Positions 47,747-59,309 of a stretch of DNA of 64,000 nucleotides are shown here, in pieces. This stretch comes from Neophaeotheca triangularis. Lineage: Eukaryota. The first letter of the stretch is position 1; the number at the start of each line of letters is the position of its first letter. The stretch covers positions 434,001 through 498,000 of the forward strand of contig BAAIJX010000001.1 in NCBI GenBank assembly GCA_054600435.1, given 5' to 3'. The position numbers and the translations under genes were made by a program. Below the pieces are notes generated by a model, which was not told where the DNA came from, did not search any database, and saw nothing but the letters and a program-made list of their open reading frames with translations.

Positions 47747-49748
47747 ATGTCCAACGTCGGCAAGACTTTCGAGCTCTCGACGCAAGACGTAGACAATTCC
47801 AGTCCCACCTCCAGGAGGCCATCTTTCTCAGGGCCCCACGAAGACCATGTCGGTACCATAGGTGGTGGTCGCAGCGGCCTGTCATACGATCGGAAGCAAA
47901 AACTAGACAGATACCTGTCAACCAAGCCAATCGTCTCATTCGGCCTGACCCTGCAAGCTGTAAGCCACCCACGACCGCCGTTTCAATCGGCAGCAAGGAC
48001 ATCTGAAAACTCATGAATGGAATCTAGTCTTGGGAAGCGATTGCCATCTCTTTCCAGTCAGCGCTACTCAATGGCGGCCCGTCGACGCTCGTCTATGGCA
48101 GTATTCTTTCAGCCTTTGGCTCCACAGCCATGGCCGCAACACTGGGTGAAATGGCTTCGATCAAGGCGGTAGTAGGTGCGCAATACCGCTGGACGGCTAT
48201 GCTCGCACCCCGAGGGACGGACCCTAGGTTTTGGTCATTTATACAAGGCTGGTTGACGGTCTTCGCCTGGAACTGTGCTTGCGCGCTCAACCCCTACCTG
48301 ATGGGCGGTATGCTGCAAGGTGAGTGCCACGCGTTGGTCCTCTGTTGTTAGAGCTCTACTGATTGTCGGGGTTCTCTAGGATGTATAATTCTGTGCAGCG
48401 ACGGCTATGTCCCTCAAGGCTGGCACACGATGCTTTTGTCGTGGGCGTCAATGGCCCTGCCTATTCTGTGCAACATTTTCGCTCGAAGAATCTTGGCGAC
48501 CCTTGAAATCGTGGCTGCCATATTGGTAAGTTGCCAGAGCACTTTAAATGTTCCGACAGGCCCGGTTTGCTGACCCTGAGAGCAGCACGTGCTTCTGCTG
48601 ATTGTTTTTGTGGTTGTGCTTGTGGTGATGGCTCGTCGCAGTACGACTGACTTTGGTAAGCACGGCTTTTGTTCTGGTCAATAGCAAGCTCATGCTGACA
48701 GTTGCAGTGTTCAACACTTCCTTCTTCGGCCGGTCCGGGTGGGACAATGAAGGCGTGGAATGGAGTATAGGGCTGCTCACTGTCATCTTCCCCTACGGCG
48801 GTTATGACTCTATATTACACATGGCGGACGAAGTCAAGAACGCTCCCAAGAACGTACCAAGGGCCATGGTATGGGCAACAGTCGTGCGTACTCTCAACCA
48901 GGTTTTCCTACGATGGTCAGCTTTCCAACCCGTTCTAACCATCCACAGATGAGCAGTATCGTCGGATGGATCTTCATTGTCGTGCTCTTGTTCTGTATCG
49001 GGTAGGTCGAGTTGCCCATTATATTCTCAGGCGCTGAGCTAACATCAGCAGCGACATTGATGCAGTGTCAAACACCCCTACTGGCTTCCCAATCATCCAA
49101 ACACTTTACGAAGCCACAGGAAACAAAGGTGTGTACGCAGACGTCCCACTGAGCAGCTGCAGATCTGACACAACCCGTCTAGGTGCAACCGTGTTCATGG
49201 TCATGGGGATATTCGTGATCATCATGTGCAGCCAGTTCAACATTCTCGCCAGTGTATCTCGCTTAGCGTGGGCGTTTGCGAGGGACGGGGGCCTCCCTTA
49301 TTCGCCCTGGATCGGCAGAGTCAACACAAGGCTCCAGATCCCGGTCAACGCGGTATTCCTCACCTCGGTCATCTGCTTGGCAATCAACATCATCCCAGCG
49401 TTCTCGGACGTCGCCTTCTTCGCACTCACATCGCTATCAACCTTGGCACTCTACTTCTCGTACGTGGTGCCGTGTGCTTTGATCGTAATGCGAAAGATCG
49501 AGGGACGTATGCCACCGCTAGGGATCTGGAATCTCGGGAAATGGGGCTTTCCGATCAACTGCTTCGCGTTGGCCTGGGGCATCTACTGCGTTGCCTTCCT
49601 TCCCTTCCCTCCCACTCTTCCCGTCACGCCGGGGAACTTCAACTGGTCCGGTCCGATCCTGGGCGCCGTCATCTGCATTGCTCTCGGCGACTGGTGGATC
49701 CATGGCAAGCGTCGCTTCGTCCTTCCCATTGACGAGATAGAAGCATAA
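47747..49748 (+). CDS. APC-family amino acid/choline/GABA permease, multi-exon
   Basis: SWEAIA..LLNGGPSTLVYG, TLGEMASI..VGAQYRWT, GYDSILHMADEV, SRLAWAFARDGGLP and NFNWSGP. Confidence 0.92.
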
Positions 49749-51217
49749 GCCTCGTCCTGAATCAATAGGTGGCTATCAAAAGTCCCATTCGCCGCACGGG
49801 TCGGCCAGGGAAGGCACAGGCACGTGAGATGATTCTTCTCGGAGCTGGTTGGAATTGGCGGACAACGAACTCAAAAGACTGAGGCGGACGTTGTGTTGTG
49901 TTCTGTGTTGTGTTGATACTTGATACCCACCATTTGTAGATAGACAGTAATAGAATTTAACTAGCGCGCTTACGGTGAAGAGCCGAGCTCTGCGGGAGGT
50001 CATATCCGCGTATCAAGGCCGACTAAACCACCTCGCTCGAAGTCCTCAGAGCACTGAATCTTTAAAGCGAAAATACTTCTATCTACTAGCGCCCATGTCA
50101 GAAAAGCAGAACTAGTCGTCCATCACTGGGGGCGCTTTTGATTGGTCCTGGAGCAGTCTGGGTGTGGGGGAGGGCAGACTCTCCTCGACAGCAGCGAAGT
50201 GTAAGGTCTTTCTACGGCGGTTACTACGAGCTTCACTACGTTCTCGCACGTTAGGGAAAGGAGCTCGTCAAGTTATCGGGAAACGTACATGGACTGGCGC
50301 GAACCGCAAGGAGGTGGGGAAAGGACGATGTTGCCCGGGGTTAGGGTAGGATGTTTGAGGTCTTCCACGACGGACTGCTTCTTTTTTTTTCTATCGTCGT
50401 ACTGCCACTGTGGGTAGTAGGTTATGGGCTTGCTAATAGCTGATCTACCGATTCACGTAGAGTTTCTATGCGATGCAACGCGAGGAGTCCCGAAGCGCTT
50501 CCCATGCTCTCTTCCTTGGTCGCGGTTGCCCACGTCCAATAGCTTACAAGTCGAGACATGATTTTTCTACCACTTTCGCCTCGGTTTGACTGACCTTCAG
50601 CGCGGGCTTGGAGGAGCCAAGCCCTCTTCCCGCAACGACTTGCCAACACCCTCCGTCAGCGGGCGTCTCGGTCCGTAGTTGTGTCAACGTTATGCCCTAC
50701 GAGAGGTCCTAGTCGCGTGGTGGTTTAAAGGCAAAGTTCCTTACTGCAGCTGTTCTCGTCTGGGGTCCAGTGGCAGCTTCGCAGCAGTGGGCGCCTATCC
50801 GACTCTCGTGATCATAGCGCAGTCTCGAGGAAGGCTAGAAGTCAAAGTCCCCCTCCAAGTAAATACTGTGGTGCTCCGCTTAGTATCAAACCCCTGCTGA
50901 TCCCAGCTCGGGGTCCACAGGGGTGGCTCACAAGCAGAACAAGGCCCTCGCTCCGTCTAGACCCAGTACCGCATCCTCGATCGAGAAAGCTCCAGATGCC
51001 CAAGGACGTCGAGCAAAAGGTGTTTTGGCGTGGACCCGCGCTCCGCTGTTCGAATGATATCAATGCAGACCGCGGCTTCGTTTGAAGACGCCCCGTGCAA
51101 GCTCCAGTACATATTGCCCATCATCTAAAGCATCCCCCGGACTGAGACATGTCCACAACTGCGCATAAACTCGGAACAGGTTCGGTGATGGGGTTCGTAT
51201 GGCAGCACAATGTCGAA

Positions 51218-51862
51218 TCAATTCTGTCTGGGTTTGACGATTCCATCGTGCACAATGTAATACACGACGGTGCTGTCATCCTCTACAGTAGCAAGAAGGA
51301 GCCGTTTAATACCTTGCCAGGGCTTTGGGTCGAAACCAGAGCCATCAATGGGATTCCCGGAAGTCGAAAGGCTGTCAAATCTTTGCTCCAGCCCGCTTTC
51401 GTCGCCGTCGCTCTCGAACAACACCTCTCCCGAAAGATCAACTTCAACACCAATGCCATCGAAGACTTCACCGAAGCGCTTCAACGTCCACTTCTCCCGC
51501 AGATGGCTCGGCAGTACCCACATCCTCTCACTGCTGAGCTCCGGCATTCCGGTTTTGCCTTCGGCCTTTTGTTTGCGTAGCAGTTCCATTTGCTCGTCTG
51601 GGTGGATGTAGAGACGTTGAGGAGGTAGACCGGAGACCAATGGGCGCGGTAAGGGTTTCGAAGTGACTGGCGATGTCGTGTGTAGTCGTACACCCGTCCA
51701 TAAGTGCTGGTAGTGGAGGTTGTGGGCCACTTGCAGGGCCAATTGGTGCAGATGCTTTAGGTGTGGTGAGTCCACTGCGAGGGTGTGCGTTTCCAATAAT
51801 TTCTGAATCGCTGATGGTGCAGAAGCGACTGTGCCGCCGTTTGACTGCTGTAGTGAGCCCAT
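51218..51862 (-). CDS. SEN15: tRNA-splicing endonuclease subunit Sen15 (214 aa)
   Basis: HNLHYQHLW, PRPLVSGLPPQRLYIHPDEQ, WVLP and KRLLLATVEDDSTVVYYIVHDGIVKPRQN. Confidence 0.92.
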   Translation of the reverse strand: MGSLQQSNGGTVASAPSAIQKLLETHTLAVDSPHLKHLHQLALQVAHNLHYQHLWTGVRLHTTSPVTSKPLPRPLVSGLPPQRLYIHPDEQMELLRKQKAEGKTGMPELSSERMWVLPSHLREKWTLKRFGEVFDGIGVEVDLSGEVLFESDGDESGLEQRFDSLSTSGNPIDGSGFDPKPWQGIKRLLLATVEDDSTVVYYIVHDGIVKPRQN

Positions 51863-52109
51863 AGTTTCCTTTTCTCTATTAAATGTTGCTCTTCCTCGTT
51901 GTGTCTATAAAAAAAAAAATGTTGTCCCCAGAAATGTCAATAAAATACCGGCATAGCCCAATTCGGCGTTAGCTTTCCTAATCGGGCCAGGTGTGCGCGA
52001 CGTCATGGGGATCCTGCGAGAGCCCGAGGTGACGGGAGGCAGGACATTATTACAAAGACAGCCGGATCTAAACTCTTCCACAAACACGACCACTCCAACC
52101 TACCACTCT

Positions 52110-52147
52110 GCCTCCTTCTCGCCTCCTTCTCGCCTCCTTCTCGCCTC
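52110..52147 (+). repeat. Tandem 11-mer (GCCTCCTTCTC)x3.5 in the glutaredoxin core promoter/5' leader
   Basis: Seen directly in the sequence. Confidence 0.8.
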
Positions 52148-52233
52148 GATCGCCTCTTACAGCTCCGTTGCCCACCATTAATTTCATCAGAAACTTCTTC
52201 AGCGGCGCCCGTTCCGCAAGCCCAAACACAATC

Positions 52234-52654
52234 ATGGCCGCAAAGACCAAAGCGCAGAACGTCATCGACAACAACGCCGTTGCTGTCTTCTCCAAGTCAT
52301 ACTGCCCTTACTGCAAGGCGACCGTGAGTGTCGCGAACATGCGGAGCGAGCATGAACTCAGCCTGACCAACCAATGCAGAAAAGCCTATTGACCGAGATG
52401 GGCGCCAAGTTCGAGACTGTCGAGCTTGACCAAATCGGTGCGTAGAATATTGTTTACGAGCATGAAGACAAGTGCGGAGACTGATAGAGGCTACAGATGA
52501 CGGTGCGGCCATCCAGGATGCTCTTGCCGAGATGACCAGCCAGCGATCCGTTCCCAACATCTTTATTGCGAAGAAGCACATTGGCGGCAACTCGGAACTG
52601 CAATCAAAGAAGGGCGAGCTTCCTCAGATGTTGAAGGATGCGCAGGCGGTTTAA
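52234..52654 (+). CDS. GRX1: Dithiol glutaredoxin (CPYC); exons 52234-52323, 52380-52437, 52497-52654; possible non-AUG N-terminal extension from 52177
   Basis: VFSKSYCPYCK and QRSVPNIFIAKKHIGGNSEL. Two canonical introns. Confidence 0.95.
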
Positions 52655-52837
52655 AGAAATGGAAAGGAACTTTGAGTCACTATGAAGAGTACGCACGTCG
52701 AGAGGATGAAGTCGTAGCTGGAAAGAGCACCGGGAATCGATATATCGTATCAGTATCGGACACATGAAACCCATTCGCGGATCTGTGAACGTCATTTCCT
52801 CGTCCACAGCCCTTTCATAACGTTAAAAAAAGGCTCT

Positions 52838-53461
52838 CTAGTCGAGTTCTCCAGCCTGGCCCATCCTTCTCAGCGCCTCAATACTGCTATGCACAGCCAT
52901 CTTCGCACCCTCAGTGTGCTCCTTAAACAGACTCTCTGCCTTTTCACTCCCCTCTTCAACATCCGGATACCGCCACTCAAAGACATAAGTCATATTCAGA
53001 TCATTGGCTTCCAGACTCTCCCCACTCGAGACAACATTACTGATAACCGCACCAGAGTCCTGATGAAAATCGACCTAGAGAAGCGTAATCATCAGCCCAA
53101 AGCCTTCCTTGACGAAAACGAACCCCCGAGACTCTCGCAGGCCCCGAGCCCCCAGAGCCCAAAACAAAATAAAGCAGAGAAAGAATAAACTCCCTAGAAT
53201 ACTCACCTTAGTCGGCCAAAAGCTCCTACAAACCTCCCTAACCTCCCTCTCCGGCTGCCCATGCATCGCCTTGAAATGCGCAACTCTCACCACCTCGTCT
53301 CCCTTGTCTTCCACGACATCTGTGCCCGTGATGACTGGCACAAAATCCTGCGCCCTGCGGACTTTGCGCTGCAGGCCTTTCCACACTTGCTGGCGCGTGA
53401 GGGTTGGGGTCGCGCCCGTGGGGTTGATGGGTTCCGTGTAGGCGCAGTTGATTGTGACCAT
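52838..53461 (-). CDS. DUF1857 / SRPBCC-like protein; exons 53461-53207, 53074-52838
   Basis: AYTEPINP..LTRQQVWKGLQRKVRRAQDFVP. After the GTGAGT..TAG intron: VDFHQDSGAVISNVVS..MTYVFEW..AVHSSIEALRRM. Confidence 0.88.
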
Positions 53462-54014
53462 GGCTTTCTTTCTTTTCGTTCCTTGGGGTTAGGGTAATTG
53501 GGTTATTATTGTTGTACCTATTGGTTTGAAATTGCAACGATGTCTTTGTGGTTATTGCTCTTTTGTGTCGCGCTACTGCCCAGGTGTACTTGGAGTTTCA
53601 AAGGTCTATCGGTTACATCATCATATGTGGTGAGCCCCCGCCTAACTTAATCGGCATCTCCACTTAACAGCATAACATCATCTGCTAGTCTGTATCTATT
53701 CCTTTGCATAGCGATAGGCGAGTAGGTACCGACTCGGCATTGGAATGTGATGTCGTGAGCATATATATAATGAGGCATGTGTGTGCCGCAACGAAAGAGA
53801 CAAGCTCAAAAGATGAATGACGTATTCAAGGACGTACAAACAAGAAGAACCTCGCCGCTTCAAGATCATACGGCATTTGATGCTGATCTGGTTTATTATT
53901 ATACACTGGCACATTGCCCGAAGCACCTCCATCCTCACCCTTTATCACAACAACATCGACCCTCACGCTCTAACCAGGGGCACTCCTCGCTTCTCCTCGC
54001 ACAACCATCCGCCC

Positions 54015-54532
54015 TCACCCTTCGACTCTCCACTCCCTAACAAATTCCCTCCTTCTCGCGAAGCCTCTCCTCACAGCCCGTGTCTCGCACGTCGGGGCTT
54101 TGTAGGTGGACGCAGCGCCATTGCAGCCGTTCTGGTCGTAGCAACTAGATGAAAATATGAGTTCACTGGTCGCGGCCAGCGAGGCTAGAGTTTGGCGTTG
54201 GGGTAGACACACGTTCCGCCTCGAGAGCCACAAGTCAGCCAGTCCACGCAAATGGATTGCACGACGCAACTCCCATCTGGGGCGGTTATGACGCCCGGTG
54301 GCGCGGTTGTTTCGGGAGCCCTGTCGTCTTCCGCGTCATCGCTGTTTTGTGATGATGGTGCTGTCGCTGTAGGAACTGAGGAGAGTGTCGATGCCGCTAG
54401 GCGCAGTGGTTGTCTGCCGTCGTCGTTGGGTGCGGTCGGTGTAGCTTTGACCGGGCCGCATCCTCCCACCAAGCAGTGAATGGGGATCCTGGCGGAGACG
54501 ACGGTCGCGATGAAGATGAAGAAGAGGAGCAT
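54015..54532 (-). CDS. Small secreted cysteine-rich protein; probable exons 54532-54213, 54144-54015 (unspliced ORF ends at 54185)
   Basis: Signal-peptide-like MLLFFIFIATVVSA, a Thr/Ala/Pro linker and CVVQSICVDWLTCG. A putative GTGTGT..TAG intron gives GGTCYDQNGC..YKAPTC. Confidence 0.65.
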
Positions 54533-55241
54533 TCTGCTGCTGGTATTGTTCCGCCTGTGTGGTAAGTGCTAGATGTGAATATGGTGGAGGAAATGTCGAT
54601 CGTGCGTGAGCGTTTGGCATTGTGGCGATCAACTTATATAGATCGATGTGTTGACCGCTTGCCCATCGCCCAACGACGCCATCGTCGATTCGATCTAGAC
54701 GCATTAGGCCCAGGTACCAAGGTGGTTGCGATGCTTAATGTAACGCCACTGGGTAAAGCCGCTGGGATAGGCTCACTTGTGACGGGATTTGCCTTGCCCT
54801 TGAGGTTAGTAGCCGGCTTTCTTGATTTGGCGGAATGCGCTTACCCCTGGAATGCAGTAGGCTTATACCCTGATGTGCCTGATCTACAGGCAAGATTCTG
54901 ATAATCGGCGTCTCCGTAGCCACGATGACGGGAAATCAAATAAGAAAGAACGATTGAAATGGTATGGCACGCGGGATTCCAAGCGGCTCGTAAGCGTGGC
55001 AGAAGACGCCCAAGTTTCGACAAGTCCATGCGAGTGAAAGATGATAATACCATACCCAAGCCCTGGCATCTGCAATCGATCGTTGCTATACCCCCCGGCT
55101 CTACCTCCTTCCGAGCGATTGCCAATTTGAGTGACCAAGCAAGGAATCCGCACTCTGCTTGCGATTTCTCAATGGCAAGGTTTCAGACCTCCAGACCAAA
55201 AGGGACGGCAGCATGAAGGAAAACTCGTGCTGATCCCTATC

Positions 55242-56634
55242 TCAAGTCAACAGCGTCGCACGCATCTCACGATCAGCTCGCTTCATTTTATCGAATTCCT
55301 CCTTGACCTCCTCCAAGAAACCTTTGCGAGCCAACACATCCAGAGCAGTCGCCGCCAAGCACTTTGCAACGCGCATCGCGAAACCATGTGCCTCCTCCGT
55401 CCTCGAAGCTGTCTCGAAATCAGGCGTGTGCGGTCCGCCTCCCTGGTCCCCATTGGTGGTCACGCTCCGGATCCAAAACTCAGGTGATATGCTGGGCATA
55501 GCGTACGACACGTTGCCTTGATCGGTACTAGCTGAGGAAACAGCTGTAATCTCATCGACGTCAGGGCGGGCTATATTGCCATGCAGTCGGTTGAAATACT
55601 GGCGATAGCTGCGCGCAAGAGCACGGTTAGGCACGTGGTCCTCATACGAGCTGCCCGGAGTCACTTTGAGCGTAGCTCCGGTCGCTGCCGCTCCAGCGTC
55701 GAAGCACGCTACCACGCGCTGCTTGAGAGCATCAAGTCGAGCACGTGTTCGCGATCGGACGACGAAGCGGCCAGAGGCATACGCGTGGATGATGTTCGGC
55801 CGAGCGCCGCCGTTCAATATCTGCGCTTGCACAATATCGCCGGGCTGGGTCTGCTGGCGTAGAACCGAAACACCATTGTAGGCCATGATAAGGGCGTCGA
55901 GCGCGTTGATGCCTTCCCACGGTCGAGCGGCTGCGTGTGCTTCCTTGCCAAAGTACTCAACCTTGAGACTCGCATACGCTGCTGTTTGCAGTAGTGCCGA
56001 ATCGCGCCCGATGCCAGGATGCGAGATCAAGCTAACATCCACGCCGTAATCCTCGTAAGCTCCCGCGTTGAGCAGCTTAATCTTACCACCTCCGCCCTCT
56101 ACCTCCAATGTCAGGAACGGGACATCTTCACCACTTGCATCAACTCACCTTCAGCGGGCGTGCCGAACAAAACCACCTTCCCACCCAATCCCTGAGCCCG
56201 CATAACCTCAGCAGTTGCCAGCGCGCCAGCCACAGACGCAACGGCAATCAAATTATGCCCACAGGCATGCCCAATACCCGTCAAAGCATCTGCGAAACGT
56301 CAGACCTACCTTTCGCCTTCTCAGCTCAAGAACGCAAGCTCGCACCATACTCAGCATTAAACGAGACGACCGGGCCAGGCCGACGGCTGTTACAGACAGC
56401 TACGAAAGCCGTGGCAAGACCGTAGCACGACGGCGTTACTTCCCAGCCGTCTTGCGTGGACATGTACTCAGTCAAGACCTTGTGAGCGTGGTGCTCTTTG
56501 TACTGCAGCTCGGGATGGTCGTGGATCTCGAGACTGAGACTCCTCAATGGCTTGCTGAGGGCTGAGTCGACATGTTCGGAGATGCTGTCGAGATAGTCAA
56601 AGCCATCAGGGTCAGGTGCTGGTGATTGTGCCAT
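55242..56634 (-). CDS. Peptidase M20 family amidohydrolase (PM20D2/ACY1L2-like), 3 exons
   Basis: IHDHPELQYKE, FNAEYDAL..GHACGHNLI, GTPAEEGGGGKI, AHAAARPWEGINALDA, STDQGNVS and HTPDF. Confidence 0.93.
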
Positions 56635-56906
56635 CGTAAACGCTGGAAGTCCTGACTATGGGTGCCACAGAAACGAGATGAGTTTAGTTTACCTTTTCGC
56701 AACCGGTAAACGGCGACCTCAAAGTCATGATGATGTGCCGAAGTCAAACAACGTCGCCGAAGAAACAGCGGCTTCGTGCCGCGCGCGCGCGCACGCATGC
56801 GATTTGCACTTTTGCCCCTCATAACGACAGCCCCTCCCCCCCATAGCCAAATTTCATCCCCTTCCCCCATCCATTAAATAAATTCCCATATCTCGCCTCG
56901 CCAACA

Positions 56907-57846
56907 ATGCCCAACCTCACCGACCTCGTGCAAACGATCCCAGCGACCGAAGAAGAAGAGCCCGAAGACTTCTTCGCGTCGGCGCCGGGGTTCCTCTTCA
57001 CCGACGACTTGCGCAACCAGCATGGCGACCCGGGGTCGGTGATTGTGTACAAGAACGGGCGGTTTGGGAATCTCGAGCTGCGGACTGCGGATCCCGAGGC
57101 CGAGGACGAGAGGCAGCTTTTTAGTCATTACCTCTGGAATGCGGCGGTCAAGTTGGCGGAGCTCATGAGTTTTGAGGGCGAGGACGACGGTGATCGGGGC
57201 GCTGTTGATGCGCGGTGGAGTGTGAAGGGGGAGAGAGTGCTGGAGCTCGGTGCAGGTTGGTGTTTTGGAGAGACAAGACTTTCACGATTGTTAGATAGAG
57301 CTGCAAGGCTGATGTCTGGTATTGACAGGCGTGGGTCTAGGGGGTATTGTTGCTACGCTAGCTGGGGCCGCTGAGGTCGCCATCACAGACTACCCTGCTC
57401 CCGTTGTTCTTGACAATCTCCGCCGTAACGTGCGATCGAACGTGCCTCCGTCTGAGGCTTCAAGTTATACTATCCAAGGTCATGCGTGGGGCGACCTTTC
57501 CTCGTCTTTTGCGAGCTCTCATGGCCGCCACTTTACCCGCATCCTCGCAGCAGATTGCTTTTGGATGCCGCATCAGCATCGCAATCTCGTGGACTCTATG
57601 CTGCACTTTCTGAGCGACGAGCCTGATGCTCGCGTCTTCGCGCTTGCAGGGTTTCATACAGGACGTGCTAATTTGGCCAGTTTCTTCGAAGAGGCTTCCG
57701 AACAGGGGCTTGTGGCTGAGGAATTGTACGAGGAGAATGCGGAAGGGGTGCGGCGCGAGTGGCTCAAGGAGAGAGACGGAGGGGCCGAGCACCATGGCGA
57801 GAGGAAGAAATGGCTGGTCATTGGTATCCTGAAGCGGCGGGATTGA
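56907..57846 (+). CDS. EFM7: Seven-beta-strand protein methyltransferase Efm7/Nnt1-like; exons 56907-57256, 57329-57846
   Basis: LFSHYLWNAA, VLELGAG|VGLGGI (SAM motif I), TDYP, GHAWG, ADCFW and AGFHTGR. Confidence 0.8.
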
Positions 57847-57952
57847 TGAAGATGGCGCATGTGGTGGTGGTGGTAGAAAGTAGATCATGAATAATCTCAA
57901 CCGCTGGGTATCTTTCCCTGACGCCGTAATTCGCCCAAACCGTTCCATCATG

Positions 57953-58490
57953 CTACCCTTCCAACTTCCCACCTGTGCTTTCCACGATTGTCCTCACATC
58001 CCCCTTGATCTCCGGAATCGCACTCGCCATCTCCACGCCGAGAATGTCTCTGAATTGAGCAAATGCCTCGGCTCTCCCTTTGTGCTGCTGGTTGTACCGC
58101 ATTACCAACTCCACAAACTCTCGGGTGTAGATGTCGGGATTGCGGGAAGATTCGACGTATTGGATGATTTCCACGGGGATGTGAGTTGGCAGGCGGCGCG
58201 AGGTCTGAACCAGAGCAGAGAGGGAGCCGACAAGTTGTTTACTGGAAGAGATTACCGGTGAGCTGAGTGAGTGAGTGAAAAGTGGAGGGTTCTATCGATG
58301 CGTGTACATTTCATTTGTCATGGCCTGCTGCGTGCCCTGGCCCTGGTAGTCGTGGGCCTGGACGATGAGCATGTAGAGGTTACTGATAATGGCGCGGAGG
58401 TGGACTGAAGGTGTTAGTTGTTTTGGCTGCTCTACAGGCGTGTCAATCGAGTGTCGCCGCACCATCCACGTCGTCCAGGGTTGCGGCCAT
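57953..58490 (-). CDS. MED10: Mediator subunit 10 (Nut2), 3 exons
   Basis: IPVEIIQYVESSRNPDIYTREFVELV..NQ..KG..EAFAQFRD. Upstream exons MAATLDDVD and HLRAIISNLYMLIVQAHDY. Confidence 0.92.
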
Positions 58491-59309
58491 GGCACCGTGT
58501 AGCCAGCTATTGCTGGTTTGCTATGCCAAATGGAAGACCAATGGCACTGTAATAGTCTCGCGGTGTCAAGTTGTCAAAGGTGCTGTATCTCCTAGACGGC
58601 GATCGCTTTGTCGCGGTTGATGATCCCGGACAACTCGGAAGCTTGAGCCGGGCGGGGCGGGCAATGATCGATCAAACGACCTTCTTGTCAGGAACAAGTT
58701 GCAGGTGGAACCTCTCACGAGCGACTCTTGAGGGCCAAGTCGGCGAAGTTGACAGCTAGCCTTTACTACTACTGTATTATCCACCACTGGAGTACACTCG
58801 CCTCAATAGTATCATTATTATTATTATTGGTGGCATCCAGTATTTGCGCTGCAACCTGGCCGCAGGATGACCACACTACTATTTTCAAGTTGAAGGTCAG
58901 GCCCGCAATGACATTATCCACCCAATATGACGCGCGCTCACCGTAGGCTTAAGTCCGAAACAAAGACTTTTTGGTAGTACCTAGTTCCGCACTGAAAAGC
59001 AAACGACGTCCATGGCCGAATAAGAAGGCCCTATGGCACAGTGTGGGTTCCTTCTGGACGAAAGGGGGCCCGCGGTAGGTTCCATCACATGGGCCAGTAA
59101 CGCCCTGTTTCTTTTCCATCTCGAATCAACGACCACAACACCTCCTCCTACCTCTCCTCTGATACCTTCACTGTCCCTATTACTTAAGACCAACACCGTA
59201 TTACCATACCGCTTTCGTCAATAAAGCGCGATCGTGAACTCAACCCCGCACTCGACAGCGCAAACCCTGAAAGTCCTCAAATACCAGCTTTGCCTCCGCC
59301 GACGCCAAC

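Noticed and set aside
50337..50350. GGGTTAGGGT (ACCCTAACCC on minus) as a telomerase RNA template or telomeric repeat
   Set aside because: Only about 600 nt lie downstream before the permease CDS, and I found no pseudoknot or CR4/5. The same 10-mer occurs at about 53485 in a 5'UTR, so chance is likely.
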